From positions 323,186 to 387,185 of the forward strand of contig JAWQFM010000027.1 of NCBI GenBank assembly GCA_033442325.1: a DNA stretch of 64,000 nt, given 5' to 3'. This document shows, one piece after another, positions 1 through 23,592 of this stretch; position 1 is the first letter of the stretch; each line of letters opens with the position of its first letter. The stretch comes from Salpingoeca rosetta (Eukaryota > Protista > Choanoflagellata). Below the pieces are notes generated by a model. The model did no database searches. It saw only the letters and a list, made by a program, of their open reading frames with translations, and was not told the DNA's origin. The position numbers and the translations under genes are program-made.

Positions 1-34
<34 letters not shown>

Positions 35-116
35 CAAATACACGCGCGCGTACATTTCACACACACACACACACAAACACACACAAACACACACATGTAC
101 ACGTGACCACGCGCAG

Positions 117-538
117 TTTTCGATGTGGGACCGGTTCAAGCAAGTTGAAGGCATGGACGCGACGACGGTGGACAACATGCTGCGTCTGCTCGCATTCGTC
201 ATCGCAAAGGGATCGCTCAACTTGAGTGTTCTGCGGGTAAGCGAAGCACGGAATGATGCCTGTTTGGTGTGTGTGTGTGTGTGAACGTACATGTGCATGT
301 GTGTGTGTGTGAACGTACATGTGCATGTGTGTGTGTGTGTGTTGGTGGCTCGTGGCAATGTTTGCACGACATCGTATCGTGCTGTTGCTGTTCTTTTGGA
401 ACTCCCTCAACAACCACCAACCACGCGTGCTCTCGATCCACTGTCAACAGGCTCTGCCCTTCACGACTCTTCCGCCACATCTCGTGTCGATGCTGCGAAA
501 ATTCTTTGCCATTCTTCTCACACAGTATTCCGAAGGTA

Positions 539-574
<36 letters not shown>

Positions 575-840
575 TGTGTGTGTCTGTGTGTGTGTCTGTG
601 TGTGTCTGTGTGTGTGTGCGTCTGTGTGTGTGTGCGTCTGTGTGTTGCTTTCCTCATATTGTCGTCCGTGCTGCCATGCACGCAAATTCATCGATCCCCC
701 ACTGCTGGAATTGCTGTCACGCCAACAACAGGTGCGGTGAAGAAAGTGTTTGAGGCGCTGAGCGGGAACGCCAACGCCGCCATCGTCAAGGACAGCATCG
801 TCGTCTTCTTCGACCACTACATGACCAGAGACCAGCTCGA

Positions 841-914
<74 letters not shown>

Positions 915-1073
915 CTTTGCTTGGTTGTTCACTGATTTGTCTGATGCCCGCTTGCCATTTCGTGCTGACGAAACCACCCCCCCCCCTCCTCAACCCCAGG
1001 CGTCACCGATGACCCCGCACTGCTCTCCCAGCGGCTGAAACTTGCCAAGCAGAGTTGTATTCGTGACGAGTAA
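117..1073 (+). CDS. NOM1: 3' exons of nucleolar MIF4G/MA3 protein NOM1/Sgd1 (partial; 5' end is outside the window)
   Basis: Exons 117-236, 451-535, 732-842 and 1000-1073 with GT/AG boundaries splice in frame to FSMWDRFKQVEGMDATTVDNMLRLLAFVIAKGSLNLSVLR-ALPFTTLPPHLVSMLRKFFAILLTQYSE-GAVKKVFEALSGNANAAIVKDSIVVFFDHY...RLKLAKQSCIRDE*. This parallels the NOM1 C-terminus as I recall it (FSIWDKF...SLSILK...FLRKVLSILL...LKLFISHF). Confidence 0.8.
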
Positions 1074-1130
1074 ACGCACAAAGTAGCAAGTGGACATACA
1101 CACACACACACGAACACACACACACACACG

Positions 1131-1194
<64 letters not shown>

Positions 1195-1541
1195 TACACA
1201 CACACACAAAGAACAATGTGCAGATGAAGAGCACAGCACGCCCGTAGACTGACACGTGCATCAGTTCCACACAAGCAATGGCACGGTGAAAATGTTGGGT
1301 GCTCTGCTGCTGTGCAGCAGCGATGTGAATGTACGTCATGACATGTAACAAACCCAGTCACAGCATGAATTGAAAGATAGAGTAAATTAACCTGGGCAGG
1401 AAACACGATACGTCAGTAGCATGGCCGCACAAGCAAAATCATGGGTTCTGATAGATTAAGTTCAATGTGAGCAGGAGTTAGTTCGAGTATGTCATATTTG
1501 CAAAATAAAACATCAAGGCAATTGTCGTCTTCGTCATTCCA

Positions 1542-2709
1542 TTACTGCTTGCCTCCGCCGTGGGCGGCCTGTCCCCAAACCTGCGACTGTGGGGGTAGGC
1601 CTTGTTGCTCAGGGCCACCATCTCGGCGCCCTTGCGGCTGTGGCTGCAGTAGCTGGTGCGGCTGCAGCTGCTGCAGCTGCTGGTGTTGTTGCTGCTCTTG
1701 TTGGTGGTGTTGAGGCTTGCCAGCGCCAGTGATCGGAGGGCCTCCGCTACGCGTGCGTTGGGCCGGTGCAGGCACAGCGTTGGGTTGAAGCGTCGGGGGA
1801 AGCTGCGTTGGCGCGTGTGGCGCGGTGCCCTCGTGCGTGTCTGCTTCTTGCTGGATGCCTTGAGTCTCCCGTGCCTGTTGGGCCGGTGATGACTGAGGCC
1901 AGCGCTGCTCTTCCTCGTCCGTGATGCCATCCTCGATGCGGCTGAAGCAACCTGTGGAGAATGAAGCGTAGAGGAGGAAGGGGTGGGTGGAAAACAATGT
2001 TTGCGGTGAGCGAAAGTAACAGAGCGCAGGAGCGCGTCATTCATGCACACGCACGCAGACATGGGCCGAGGGCTCTTCTTGCTTGCCTAACACACACACA
2101 CACTCACACACACACATACACACATACACACACACTAACATACACGCACGCACGCACGCACACACGCACATCAAACTCACCCCTTTCCATGTAAGGTTCT
2201 GCCTCAAAGTGGTGTCCGTTGATTGGCTGTGCGGCGTTGAGGTCTTGCATGACAGCGTCGGCCGCATCGCGGGTGGCAAACGCCACGTACATGAGCCCAT
2301 CAGAGCCACGTCCGAGCACCATGCCGTTGAGGGCGTTGACGGTGTCTGTGAACTTCTCAAGTCCTTTGGGCGGCACGTCCACCAGGACAATGAACCCGTG
2401 GTATGGGTCCAGGAGTTGGAACTCGTCGCGGGGCGAGCGCTGGTCGTGCTCAGCAGCACCGCGCTGGCTCACAAAGCTCTGGAGCCGCGGCGACGCATGG
2501 GAGCGCACGTGATATCGACGGAAAGCGTCATACGCCATCAGGGCCGTGTGCGCCGAAATGAACTCAAGGCGAACGGCACCGTTGGCGAGCGTCTCGATGT
2601 GCGGGCAATCGATGCTCTCATCGGTCAACGTCCTCTCAGCGGCTTCCCTGCAAGGAGCATCGACGATGATCAACAGCTGGTGACAGTCCACATATGGTGC
2701 TGGGCTCAT
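1542..2709 (-). CDS. Hypothetical protein with degenerate RRM-like domain(s) and a Q-rich C-terminus
   Basis: Exons 2709-2181 and 1951-1542 joined by a phase-1 GT/AG intron. 'GLMYVAFATRDAADAVMQDLNAAQPINGHHFEAEP' resembles RNP1-helix2-beta4 of an RRM. The start codon is uncertain. Confidence 0.5.
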
Positions 2710-3320
2710 CTGGCCTGGTGAGTGCTGGTGCTGGTGTTGGTGTGTATCTGCTTGGTAGTGTGGATGCGGTGTTAGGGTGCTCTCGCTCCTTCACACGCGT
2801 GGTTGCGGCATTTGACGCTTGGTTTGTCCGGAGGGCCTGTTATTTGAACCACGAGCGGCAAGAGAGTGAGCGAGCGAGCAATCAGCGACGATATATGATG
2901 CATGCGAAAGCAATAACATCTGTCAATGTAAGAATGTAAACACAACGCGTGTTGAAGCACATGCATGTTTACAATTGCTGCGGTAGTGGGAGAAACAAAC
3001 AAAAAAAAGGATGGCATGATCTCCCACCCCATTCGCAGCACTCCACCACCACCAACAACATGAATACAAAGGGTGTCCTTGTTGCAGGACCAAGCAAGGA
3101 GGGAGGACAGCCGGGCCACACACACAAACGTACAAAGGAGATGATCGGTGTCAGCAATCGAAGGGCACAGGGGTTTGGTTGGTTGGTCTGGTTGATCTGG
3201 GCGGTTGGGTGGGTCGAGTGTTGCTTCTGTCTTTGCAGCAAAGATGGTGGCACATCAGAAATTTCGCTGTGTTATCTATTATTTTTCTACAACCGCACTG
3301 AACCACAAGAAGATGCAAAC

Positions 3321-3358
<38 letters not shown>

Positions 3359-3383
3359 ACACACAGACACACACACACACACA

Positions 3384-3416
<33 letters not shown>

Positions 3417-3461
3417 GCACACAAGCACACACACACACACACAAGCACACAAGCACACACC

Positions 3462-5831
3462 ATGTCCATCTCGAGTGTGTCTGCCAGTGAGTGGGCGCTG
3501 ATTGCAGCCCACCTAGTGCCAAGTGAGGACGCCAGGGACGACCACCACCACGTGTCCATTCTTGATGAAGCGGACGTTGACAAGCGTGCTGCTCAGCAAG
3601 CTCTGGGCCGAGCGTTCTTCAACCTCATGCTGACGTGCCGCGAGCTGTACCACGACCTCCCGTGGGCCATGCCAAAGTGGTGCCTGTCACGCGTCTACAA
3701 CGGGAACAGGGCCGAAAGGGCGATTTTGCACTGGCTCGACACGTTCCAATCGGACCTCCTGCCAGCAACCACAGCAACCGCAGCAGCCACAGCAACCGCA
3801 GCGACCACCAAGGCCACAACCACCAAGGCCACAACCACTGCGTCCGCGCCAGCTGGCAGCACACGCAGCCCAAGTTCATTGCCGAAAGAGAAAAGCGCCA
3901 TGGAGGGCGTTGCGTGGATGGAGAGCCGCTTCCTTGCGCACTGCTGGCTTGGGGCAAAGTTTGACAGCAAGTGCACGTTCCTGCGTGCGAGGCTGTCAAC
4001 GCCTACATCGCCTGAGTTCTGGCACTCGTTTGGTCTCTGCGGCCACGTGATGTTTGGTACCTTGAATGAGCTCAAGTCTTGGTCAGCAACGCAGCAACAA
4101 CAGCAACACCAACAACAACAACGACAACCACAAGAACAACAGCGACAACCGCAACAACCACAGCAGCCACAACCGCAACAGCAACACGAGCACAAAACAC
4201 ACCAGCACCCACCGGAACACCAACGCCAGCAACGACAGGACGCAGTCCTTGTTCCGCAAACTGCTGCCGTCTCAACACCACCCAAGAGCCAGCAAAAGGC
4301 GTCACAAGGTCCCTTGGCTCCAGCTTTGTATTCTTTGAATTTGAACCTGACGCGTCAGGAAGACGTTGATTGCTTTCACCAGCTGCACACGAGGCTGCTC
4401 GCACGTGCAAGAGGAGACACCATGTTTGTGCTGACACGAGTCACAATACCCCTGCTAACGGTCAGCAACGTCAAGTACCTCACAATCAAGTCCTTCTCCA
4501 GGACCACAATCGACAGTCTCCACTTCCATGATGTCGAGGAAGTGGAGTGGCACCCAACTGCTCTCCAACGTGCGATTTGCGGTACATTCCGGCACACGCG
4601 TCACGTGACGCTTCATGTCCCCTTCAGCCTGGATGACATCGCCGCGCTCGCGGGCGTGCCAGAGATTGAATTGTGGAGCAGCCGCTTGCTACAGCTGGAG
4701 CACATGGACGAAGCGCAGGAAACGAACATCGACACAAGCGCAGCTACCGACGTCTCCCCACTGCGCGGAGCCCGACAGCTTGGCCTCCACGTCCTCCCCG
4801 TGCTCAACGAGGCGTCGTCCCTTGAAGCAGCACAACGAGTGAGTCTCACAGATGTGGCACTGACAACAAATCGACTCGCCAATGCCACCAGCATCCGCCT
4901 GGCAAACATGAAGGTGATGCCAGACGTGCTGCATCTTCCCAAGGCTACGGAGATTGAGCTTGTCGAGTCTGACGTGAAGCAAATCACGTGCCCAGCCCAC
5001 CTTGACCGCCTGTATATCCACAATGGAGGCAGCGATGCCACCTTGCCAATCCCTTCGTTTGAGTTCGCCAAGGAGGTCCAGCTCAAGCTCTTCTCTCTGG
5101 CACGGGAGCAGCTGGCTGACCTTGGTAGCCGCGTCGACACGCTGGTGCTGCATGCGTGCGTCAGGAACATGAGCGACCTGCATGTCATTCCAGACCACGT
5201 GCACGTGTGCGTGTCGATGGGCATGCGCGAGTTGAATGTCGACGTCCCCGCACCACCGTGCGTGCAGGAGCTGCAATGCTTGAGGAGAGCTGATTTTCCT
5301 ATCCACCATGTGGCGCACGTGCCACGCCTGACACTCCCCAGCACCAGTTCTGGCGCTCCCATCCGCGACCTCTATCTTCTCTCCAACCGCCAGCGCCTGT
5401 CGCTTGAAGGCTGTACCGTGGAAGGAGAGATCACGGGCTGTCGCAGTCTGTTCCTCCGAGCATGTCGTGGCGCTGCCACTGTCACCGCCACGCATTACTT
5501 GTCTGTTCTTCGCGGTGCGATTGCTTCGGAACAGGCGGGCGATGATGTGTTTCCCAAGCTTCGGCTCGCACGTGTGCGGGACGTGTCCGCGTGCCACCTG
5601 GACTCTTGCAGTATCCAAGACTTTGCCTGCATGCAGAACGTGCAGCGGCTCGTGCTAAGGAACTGCACGTTTGATAGCGTGGACACCCTCCCACCAGTGG
5701 CCTCACTTCGCATGCTCAACTGCACCACAAGTGACAAGGAGTGGGCGTGGCCATGGCTGGTCCTCATTAACCGGACTCCAGAGGAAATGCGGCATGTCTT
5801 GCTTGCAGGCAAGAAGCACCGGCGACGCTGA
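3462..5831 (+). CDS. Intronless protein with an F-box-like N-terminus, T/Q low-complexity linker and degenerate LRR-like repeats
   Basis: Long ORF. The N-terminal 'SSVSASEWALIAAHL...FFNLMLTCRELY' is F-box-like, and the C-terminal half has repeated xxLxLxxC/LxL units. The ORF-track 5' extension from 2949 runs through a CA repeat and is rejected. Confidence 0.6.
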   Translation: MSISSVSASEWALIAAHLVPSEDARDDHHHVSILDEADVDKRAAQQALGRAFFNLMLTCRELYHDLPWAMPKWCLSRVYNGNRAERAILHWLDTFQSDLLPATTATAAATATAATTKATTTKATTTASAPAGSTRSPSSLPKEKSAMEGVAWMESRFLAHCWLGAKFDSKCTFLRARLSTPTSPEFWHSFGLCGHVMFGTLNELKSWSATQQQQQHQQQQRQPQEQQRQPQQPQQPQPQQQHEHKTHQHPPEHQRQQRQDAVLVPQTAAVSTPPKSQQKASQGPLAPALYSLNLNLTRQEDVDCFHQLHTRLLARARGDTMFVLTRVTIPLLTVSNVKYLTIKSFSRTTIDSLHFHDVEEVEWHPTALQRAICGTFRHTRHVTLHVPFSLDDIAALAGVPEIELWSSRLLQLEHMDEAQETNIDTSAATDVSPLRGARQLGLHVLPVLNEASSLEAAQRVSLTDVALTTNRLANATSIRLANMKVMPDVLHLPKATEIELVESDVKQITCPAHLDRLYIHNGGSDATLPIPSFEFAKEVQLKLFSLAREQLADLGSRVDTLVLHACVRNMSDLHVIPDHVHVCVSMGMRELNVDVPAPPCVQELQCLRRADFPIHHVAHVPRLTLPSTSSGAPIRDLYLLSNRQRLSLEGCTVEGEITGCRSLFLRACRGAATVTATHYLSVLRGAIASEQAGDDVFPKLRLARVRDVSACHLDSCSIQDFACMQNVQRLVLRNCTFDSVDTLPPVASLRMLNCTTSDKEWAWPWLVLINRTPEEMRHVLLAGKKHRRR

Positions 5832-6082
5832 CGGCGGCGGACGCGGTGGGGTTTGGCTGTGATGCGTGGTGTTGGGTTGTGGGTGTTGTGGTGGTGGTAG
5901 TGTGGTGCGCGGCTAGGAAGTCTTAGTGCAAGCGACCTTTGCTTGACGTGCGTTTGCTTTTGCTCATGGCCCTGTCATTGCTGACATTGCAGGGCGGCAG
6001 TGCTGACGCGAAGGAAAGGAGCTGACTGAGACTATTAAGCGGCGCCACAGGGTGGCGTGGTGGAAAGGGCGGTCTCAACCGC

Positions 6083-6218
<136 letters not shown>

Positions 6219-6402
6219 GGGCGTACATCTTGCGGGTTGATATTTCGTGTTTGTCTTTGCACTGGTGTTGAAACGATACACAAGAATGAGCAGGAATGAA
6301 CGATGATACTACCAGCAATGAACAGAGTGAAAGAACGCGAGCTGGAGGACATGCAAACGTAGCAAACAAACACACAAACATGCAAGGTGAAAGCAGGCGC
6401 AA

Positions 6403-9400
6403 TCAAGCAAAGTGGTGGTCCTTGAGCTCTCCAAACGACGGACGCTCACGCGGATTCTGCGCCATGCACTTGTACGTCAGCGACTGGAACCACTCGGAGA
6501 TGGCTGTAGGATAGGTGTGCGTGTGTGTGCGTGAGCGTGAGTGAGGACGCGCAAGCAAGGAATCCAAACACGCTTACACACACACACGCACACACACACA
6601 TAACTCACATAACTCACATAACTCACCATCCTGTTCGCTGTCGTCAAACTTGAGCCGCTTCCCATCCGCCATCAGATTGCTGATGGTGGCGAGAATTGGT
6701 CCCCGATACCCGCTCCCCTTCTCCTGCTCAATCAAATCAGGCACACGCTGGGTCGCCACCTCCCACATGAGCACACCAAAGCTGAAGACGTCTGCTTCAA
6801 AGCTGTACTTGTCGCCCGTCAATGCCTCTGGTGCCATGTACAGCGGCGTGCCCACGCCAGCCGTCAGCGTCATGCTCGTCATCGTCTGCAGTCCGGTTTG
6901 CTGGCTGTATTGGGGATCATCATTATGGCTGGAGGAGGAGAGACGAGTGCGCTGCTGATTGCTGTCACGCGTAAAGCACTGGCGAATGGACCCAAAGTCC
7001 GTGATCTTGGCGCGCAAGTTGGCAGAGACCAGCACGTTCCCACTCTTCAGATCCCTGCAGTCAGTGTGTGTGTGTGTGTGGATGGGTGAGGTGAAGGGAA
7101 AACGCAGCCGATGCCACACCAACACCACCTCGTCCCAACGCAATGCACAACACACACACACACACACACACTCACTCACTCACACTCACCGGTGCATCTG
7201 GTCGAGGCTGTGGATAAATGCCATGCCACTGGCAACGTCACGCAGCAGTCGCAGCTTCAAATCCCATGCAGTCATCGTCTCTGCTCTTCTGTCGCACCCT
7301 GTGCTCACCAACGTCAATTCTTCTTCATCCTCTGCAGTCACGCCTGCATTGTCTTCACTCCTTCTCTCCCCTTGCTCCACCTCCCTCAGGACTTCCCCCA
7401 TATCCTTCCCCAACAGATCTTTCAGAGACCCCATGGCCACATACTCCAGCACCAGGAACGGGCTGCCGTTGGGGTCTGTGCCTGCGCCAAAGAACCGCAC
7501 CACATGCGGGTGCCGTGTACGCTGCAGAAACTCCACCTCCTTCTCAAACTCAAGCACCATGCTGATATCGAAAGCCATGACGGCTTGCTGCAGCACTTTG
7601 ACCGCCACTGTGACTGTGTCCCATCGTGCCTTGAACACCACGCCAAATGCGCCCGCAGCGACACGCTTGATCATCCTCAGCTCATCGAACCCAATCTCCC
7701 ACACTTTCTTCAGCGCCATCACTTCTTCGTCCCTCTCCACCAGCAGCTGCTCCTGCAAGTCAATGCGCTTGGTCAGGCCCCGGTAGCGGCGTGACAGCCA
7801 CGCCACGAACAGGCCAAAGAACAGCCCGCCAATCACAGAGCCAGCGGCGATGCCGGCAATGGCAATTTTTGGATCGTCCACCACGCACCGCCCACCCGAC
7901 GCCATCTTGAAGCCGCGCGCACAGGTGCACCGGAAGGAGAACACGATCTGTGGCGTCAATATGGCCATGTCACGCACTGGTCGCAAGTCCTGGTTTGAGA
8001 GCTGAACTGCACAGTCGATTGGTGCATCAGTTAGTTGCAGGATGGGAGGAGTGGGGCGGTTTGGAAGGAGGACAAAGTCGGCCGTCCAATACTCTTCGTC
8101 TGACAAGACAACTGCTCTTTGCGTGACGCGATTGATCTCCTCCAGTTGACTGAGCCACTTGTTGCCAGAGAGATCCAGCACGTTCACTCTCTGGATGCAA
8201 TTTGTGAGCGGCTCAATCGCCTGCTCGGAGCGGAAGGCCTTCTCATCCAAGTTTCGGGCGAAGAGGACCCGTCGTCCCCACCGCGTGCACAGCGCACCAG
8301 TTGGCGGAAAGTTGGTGTTGCTGATGTCGAGGGTGTCGATTGGAGGTGCATCAATGGAAGTGAGCCGGGTGCAGTTGGACACGTTAAGCTTCTGGAGTGG
8401 GCTGTGGACAATGATAGATCGCAGGTGCTTGTTGTCGTTGAGAAGGAGTGAGTCGAATGTCTTGTCAGGACATAGCTCAATGGTCTGGTAATCTGTGTGC
8501 GTGATGCGGAGCTCACGAAAACTGCTTGCCAGAAGCTTGCACACGGTACTTATTGGAATAGCGTCGCTGCTGGCGCCTGGCCAGCCCACGTGCAGCACAT
8601 TGAGGCTGAGCGGTGGAAGGTGCTCGAATGATGGAACCACGGCACTGATATTGACATTCTCCAAACTGAGCGTTGACAGCCGTGCAGTGCTGGTGAAGCT
8701 GGTGTCCTTCAACACTGCTAGCGATTCTGTTCCGTGAGATGCGTCCAGCTCGAGCACTTCGAGGTTGGGCAGACGAAGAAGCGGCGCCAAATCCATGTGC
8801 TTGATTTCATGGTTCTGAAGTTGCAGAGTATCCAGAGCAGGTGTGTGCGTGACATGTGGCAGCTCCTTCATGGGGTTGTCGCTCAAATCAAGTTCGCGAA
8901 GGCGAGATAAGCCTTCGGGCAGTTGCAGTTTGGTGAGCTGATTGTTTTGGAGGTTGAGAAACTCCAGAGAGGACAGCTGTGCCGCTTCAAGGACGTTGTC
9001 AATGGAGCGAATGGCGTTGTTGGCAAACGACACCAGCCATAATTCTGGGTTGTGGGCGAACAGCGCTGTTGGAAGTGCAGTCAAATGGTTGTTGTCACAC
9101 AAGAACTCGCTGAGGCGCGTGTTGAATTGCAGGAGGTCGTCAGGTAAGGCTGGGAGGTCGTTGCTTCCAGCAGACAGGGAAGTCAACGCCGTCAAGTTCT
9201 TGAACAGGCCTGGTGGCAGCGATGTCAGTCTGTTGTCGAAGATGCGCAGCTCTTCCAACAACGACAGGCCGGAGAAGACCGTCTCATCAAGGGACGTGAT
9301 GAAGTTGTTCCCCAACGCGAGAGAGGTGAGGCGGGTGGTGCTTCGGAATAGTGTGGCTGGCAATTGGGCGAGGAGCGTGTGCTCGAGGTTCAGGTGATCC

Positions 9401-10847
9401 AGCATGGTCAGCTCAGCGAACATGTCGGGGTCAAGCTTCGTGATTGGATTCTGCTGCAGCTCAAGCTGTGTGAGGCTCGTGAGACCATGGAACAGGCCGG
9501 AGGGGATAGCACTGATGTCGTTGGCAAACAGAGTCAGTAGCTGCAGCTGAGTGAGGTCATCGAACGCTTGTGCCTCAATCTTAGAAATGAGGTTCTCGCC
9601 AAGGAACAGCTGTTGAATTAATGTCAAGCCTGTGAATGTATCATTGTTGATGCGACGGATGCGGTTTCCGTGTAAGCTGAGGGTCTTTAGCGTCGTTACA
9701 ATGCCAGAAACGTCTGGAACAGATGTGAGGGCATTGTTGTCCAACTCCAAGTCGACGAGCTCATGTTTGAGAGCAAACCAGCTTGTGCCCACTTCCCGAA
9801 GCAGCACGCTGTCGTGTATCCAGATCGTGTCGATGCGCGCCATTGGGTTGAGCATGCTCAACTGAAAAGTGAGAAACTGCACATCCAGTACCGAGAATGA
9901 ACGGCAGCGGGCCCACACGCCATTGTTCACAATCCACCGCAGCGGCGCTTCCTGCACGTGTCCGCTCACAGTCAAGTCCACAACAAAGGTGGAAATGGCT
10001 TGCAACGTGCTTGTATCCGTGCTGTTGTCCACGTCATCACTCTCACTCAGGGTGATGGTGAGCCATCCTCTATTGTCTGCGCCAGGACACGTGCCATTGA
10101 CCACACTTGTCAGCGTGCATTGCCCCGCCCGCACATCAGGGTCATTATTCCGTCTCTCACGCCTGTGTTGCAACTGTGCTTCTTGTTGCAAGGGCAGGTT
10201 GGCCGTTGCGTTGCGGCGGATGACATTCACCCTCTCTTCCACGTACGTGGTGAACCTTGTACCTGATGGAGCGGGAGGTGCCTTGTGTTCTCCATTCTCA
10301 AGCAGCTCCAGTTCCCCACGACCGTCCCCATTTCGATCGCCACACCCAAACGCAGCCATCATGCGGTGAATCGGGGACAGGTCGACAAGCGAAGAGAGCA
10401 CCGTGGTTTCGCGCGTCATTGTGTTTCCAGTCGTGTGGTTGTTGTTGTTGTTGTCGTTCCCCTTGTTGTTGGCACCGTGCTTTGGGAAGAACGGCACGTC
10501 GTGCACTTCCAGCACACGCACCATGCTGTCCAGTGTCCCGTGCACGTCAGAGCACAACTAGCGCAAATAAAGAGGCATGTGGTGAAGGTGCGTGTGAGGA
10601 TGCAAGAGCAGGTAGAGGAGACAGACAGAGATAGTGTGTGTGTGTGCGCGTGTGTTTGTGTATGCACATTCACGTTCTCATGCAGCCGGACAGCCGGACA
10701 ACCGGACAGCCGGACAACAGGACGAAATTGCAAACGCACCTTTTTGTCGCCATGAGCAGTGGTTGAGCGTGCTCGTGTACTGGGAACCCTGGTGACGACC
10801 ACCATCACCAGCAGCATTGCCATAGCCGCCATCATTGCCCTTCGCAT
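6403..10847 (-). CDS. LRR receptor kinase, TKL group (paralog A)
   Basis: Exons ~10847-10740, 10557-7190, 7054-~6627 and ~6503-6403. Contains a signal peptide, canonical LxxLxLxxNxL LRRs, a Cys cap (CTCARGF...C), a TM helix (IAGIAAGSVIGGLFFGLFVAWL) and kinase motifs AAGAFG, VAVK, HRDLKSGN, DFG, GTPLYMAPE, DVFSFG and RPSF. Confidence 0.92.
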
Positions 10848-11121
10848 GGCGTGGCAATGGGTGGCAGCAGAGTGAGAGTCAGTGAGCTGAGCGTGGATGA
10901 AGTGAGAAGGATCTGAGGGTGGATGGAGGGATGGAGAATTGGAGATGGAATTCCTTTTCTTCCTCTTCTGTCCGCAAGTCATACACGGAAAAATGACAAT
11001 GATACACTCAACTTTTCTGGCCCCTTTCGAATCCGAGGCGGCAACTTTGAAAAACACAAAGCAACAACACAAACAAAGCACACAAACACGATCACGCTGC
11101 TGCGTTGCTGCTGCATCGGTG

Positions 11122-14887
<3,766 letters not shown>

Positions 14888-15079
14888 GAGACACAGCGAG
14901 GTGAACGTGAAGAGGTGAAGGCTGCTGGAGAATGGTGACATGATGGTGGAGCGTGCGCATCATGTGCGCATGCATTGTCAGCCGCGCAAACAAACACAGA
15001 CAGCAGACAGATGAAGTATTGAACTTTGGTAAATGATTTTATGTGATTTTCGACGAAGCAAGCCCATACACAGACGGAG

Positions 15080-16291
15080 ATGAGTGGAGCGGTTGTGGTT
15101 GAGGTTGGAGGCCTGAACACACGGGCGGGCAGGGCGAGCGCCATGCTGCCAGAGCATGTGTTGCCGTCCTGGGAGCAGAAGAGCAGCAGAAGCAACAACA
15201 GCAGCCGAAGCAGCAGCCGTAACGGCAAGAGCGAAGGTGCTGAGCGGGCGGTGGTGAAGCCCGTCGAGCATGGCATGGTCAACAACTGGGACGCCTTCGA
15301 AAGCATGCTTGGCAAGTCGTTCCAGCGCGTGCTCGGGCCCCAGTCGACACAGCCGTCAGCAGCTATGAACACAGAGGCGGACGCCGAGGCGGAGGGCGAG
15401 GGAATCAGCAGCAGCAGCGGCAGCAGCAGCAACAGTACAAGCATGCCACCGGTGCTGCTTGTGGACTCGCCAGCGTTATCGGAGAAGGACCGCGAGCGTG
15501 CGTGCGAGCTGGCCATGGAGAAGTTTGGGGCGCCGTCGTACTTTGCCATCAACGACCTCGTGGCCAGCGTGTACTCTGCGGGCCGCATCTCGTCCTACGT
15601 GTTTGACATGGGCTACGACAAGTGCAGCGTGGGCGCCGTGCATGACGGCTTCCTGTTCCCGCACACGTTCCAGACCGTGCATGTTGGCGGCGCACACGTG
15701 ACACAATGCCTGCGCGACCTCCTGGCCGAGCGAACGCACGAGATCACCCTGAAGCAAGCAGAGGCAATCAAACTGGACCGCGTCAGAGTGCCGCTCGACT
15801 TTGCGCGCGAGGCGTCCCAGGCGCGGTTCAGTGACGACGACTCCAGCTTCGTCACCCTCCCGGACGGCCAGCGCGTGCCGCTGTCTGATGCCGGTCTCCG
15901 CGCCGCAGAGTCGCTGTTCCAGCCCATGCTGGCGGGGAAGCCCGGTATCGGGCTGTCCGACACGCTTGCCGACACGGTGAACATGTGCCAGCACGACAAG
16001 GACTACCAGCCGCTGCAGAACCTGCCGCTCTTCTTCCTCGGCACGGGCGGGGCGTCGCAGCTGCCGGGCGTGGACGAGCGCATCTACGCTGATCTTATGA
16101 CCAACCTCATCACCACGTCCGCGTCAAAGCCCATTTTCATCAGCGCGTTGCAGCAGGCGCCAGACCGACACCACGCGGCGTGGATTGGCGGGTCCATCGT
16201 GGCCAGCTTGCCGCGCTTCATCGACAACAACTTTGTCTCGCGCGCAGAGTATGAGGAGGTGGGCGCCTCCGCCATCCACCGGCACTGCTGA
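15080..16291 (+). CDS. Divergent actin-related protein (intronless)
   Basis: Actin-fold motifs: VVVEVGGLNTRAG, PVEHGMVNNWD, SVYSAGRISSYVFDMG, GGAHVT, TLPDGQ, ESLFQP, AWIGGSIVASL, EYEEVGASAIHRHC. Confidence 0.9.
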   Translation: MSGAVVVEVGGLNTRAGRASAMLPEHVLPSWEQKSSRSNNSSRSSSRNGKSEGAERAVVKPVEHGMVNNWDAFESMLGKSFQRVLGPQSTQPSAAMNTEADAEAEGEGISSSSGSSSNSTSMPPVLLVDSPALSEKDRERACELAMEKFGAPSYFAINDLVASVYSAGRISSYVFDMGYDKCSVGAVHDGFLFPHTFQTVHVGGAHVTQCLRDLLAERTHEITLKQAEAIKLDRVRVPLDFAREASQARFSDDDSSFVTLPDGQRVPLSDAGLRAAESLFQPMLAGKPGIGLSDTLADTVNMCQHDKDYQPLQNLPLFFLGTGGASQLPGVDERIYADLMTNLITTSASKPIFISALQQAPDRHHAAWIGGSIVASLPRFIDNNFVSRAEYEEVGASAIHRHC

Positions 16292-16375
16292 TGTGCACAC
16301 ACGCGCGTGCTGTGAGAAGGGGTAGGGGTTTGTTGTTCTGTGGTGTGAGTGTGAGTGCGTGCGTGTGTATGTATA

Positions 16376-16409
<34 letters not shown>

Positions 16410-16974
16410 CGTGTGTGTGTATGTGTGCGTGATGGTGTGTGTGTGTGTATGTACATGTGTGTGATTTGGCGGGTGGACAGCAGCTGGTTACACGTGTCCA
16501 CCTCCACAGCACCAGTTGTTCAGTTCTACACGAGTCTGTATGTATGTTTGTGTTGCTATGGACCGAGTTGGGCTGTTCCCAATCACCCATGGTGGGAGGG
16601 TGGTGATATGAGTCGTTGTGTCTGCGGTGGCATCATGTGTGACAGCCAACACCGACGAATGCGTGCTTGCGTTTGCACCGATTACACGATTTGATCATGA
16701 CATGTGTGCGTCTCCTGTGGACCTTGTACTGATGATGACCACACCTTGGCGGCAACAACACCACGCATCCACATAAGTTACAAGCAACACTGTTTGCAAG
16801 TGCACCACGGTATCCACGTATACACAGGCAGAGATAGAGACAGAGACAGAGAAAGAGAGACAGCGAGCGAGGCATGCGCACCCACACCTCCACACACACC
16901 CACACACACACGCACGCACGCACACGCTCACACACACACACACACACACACATTGAATAGAGAGTAACGTGCGA

Positions 16975-23592
<6,618 letters not shown>

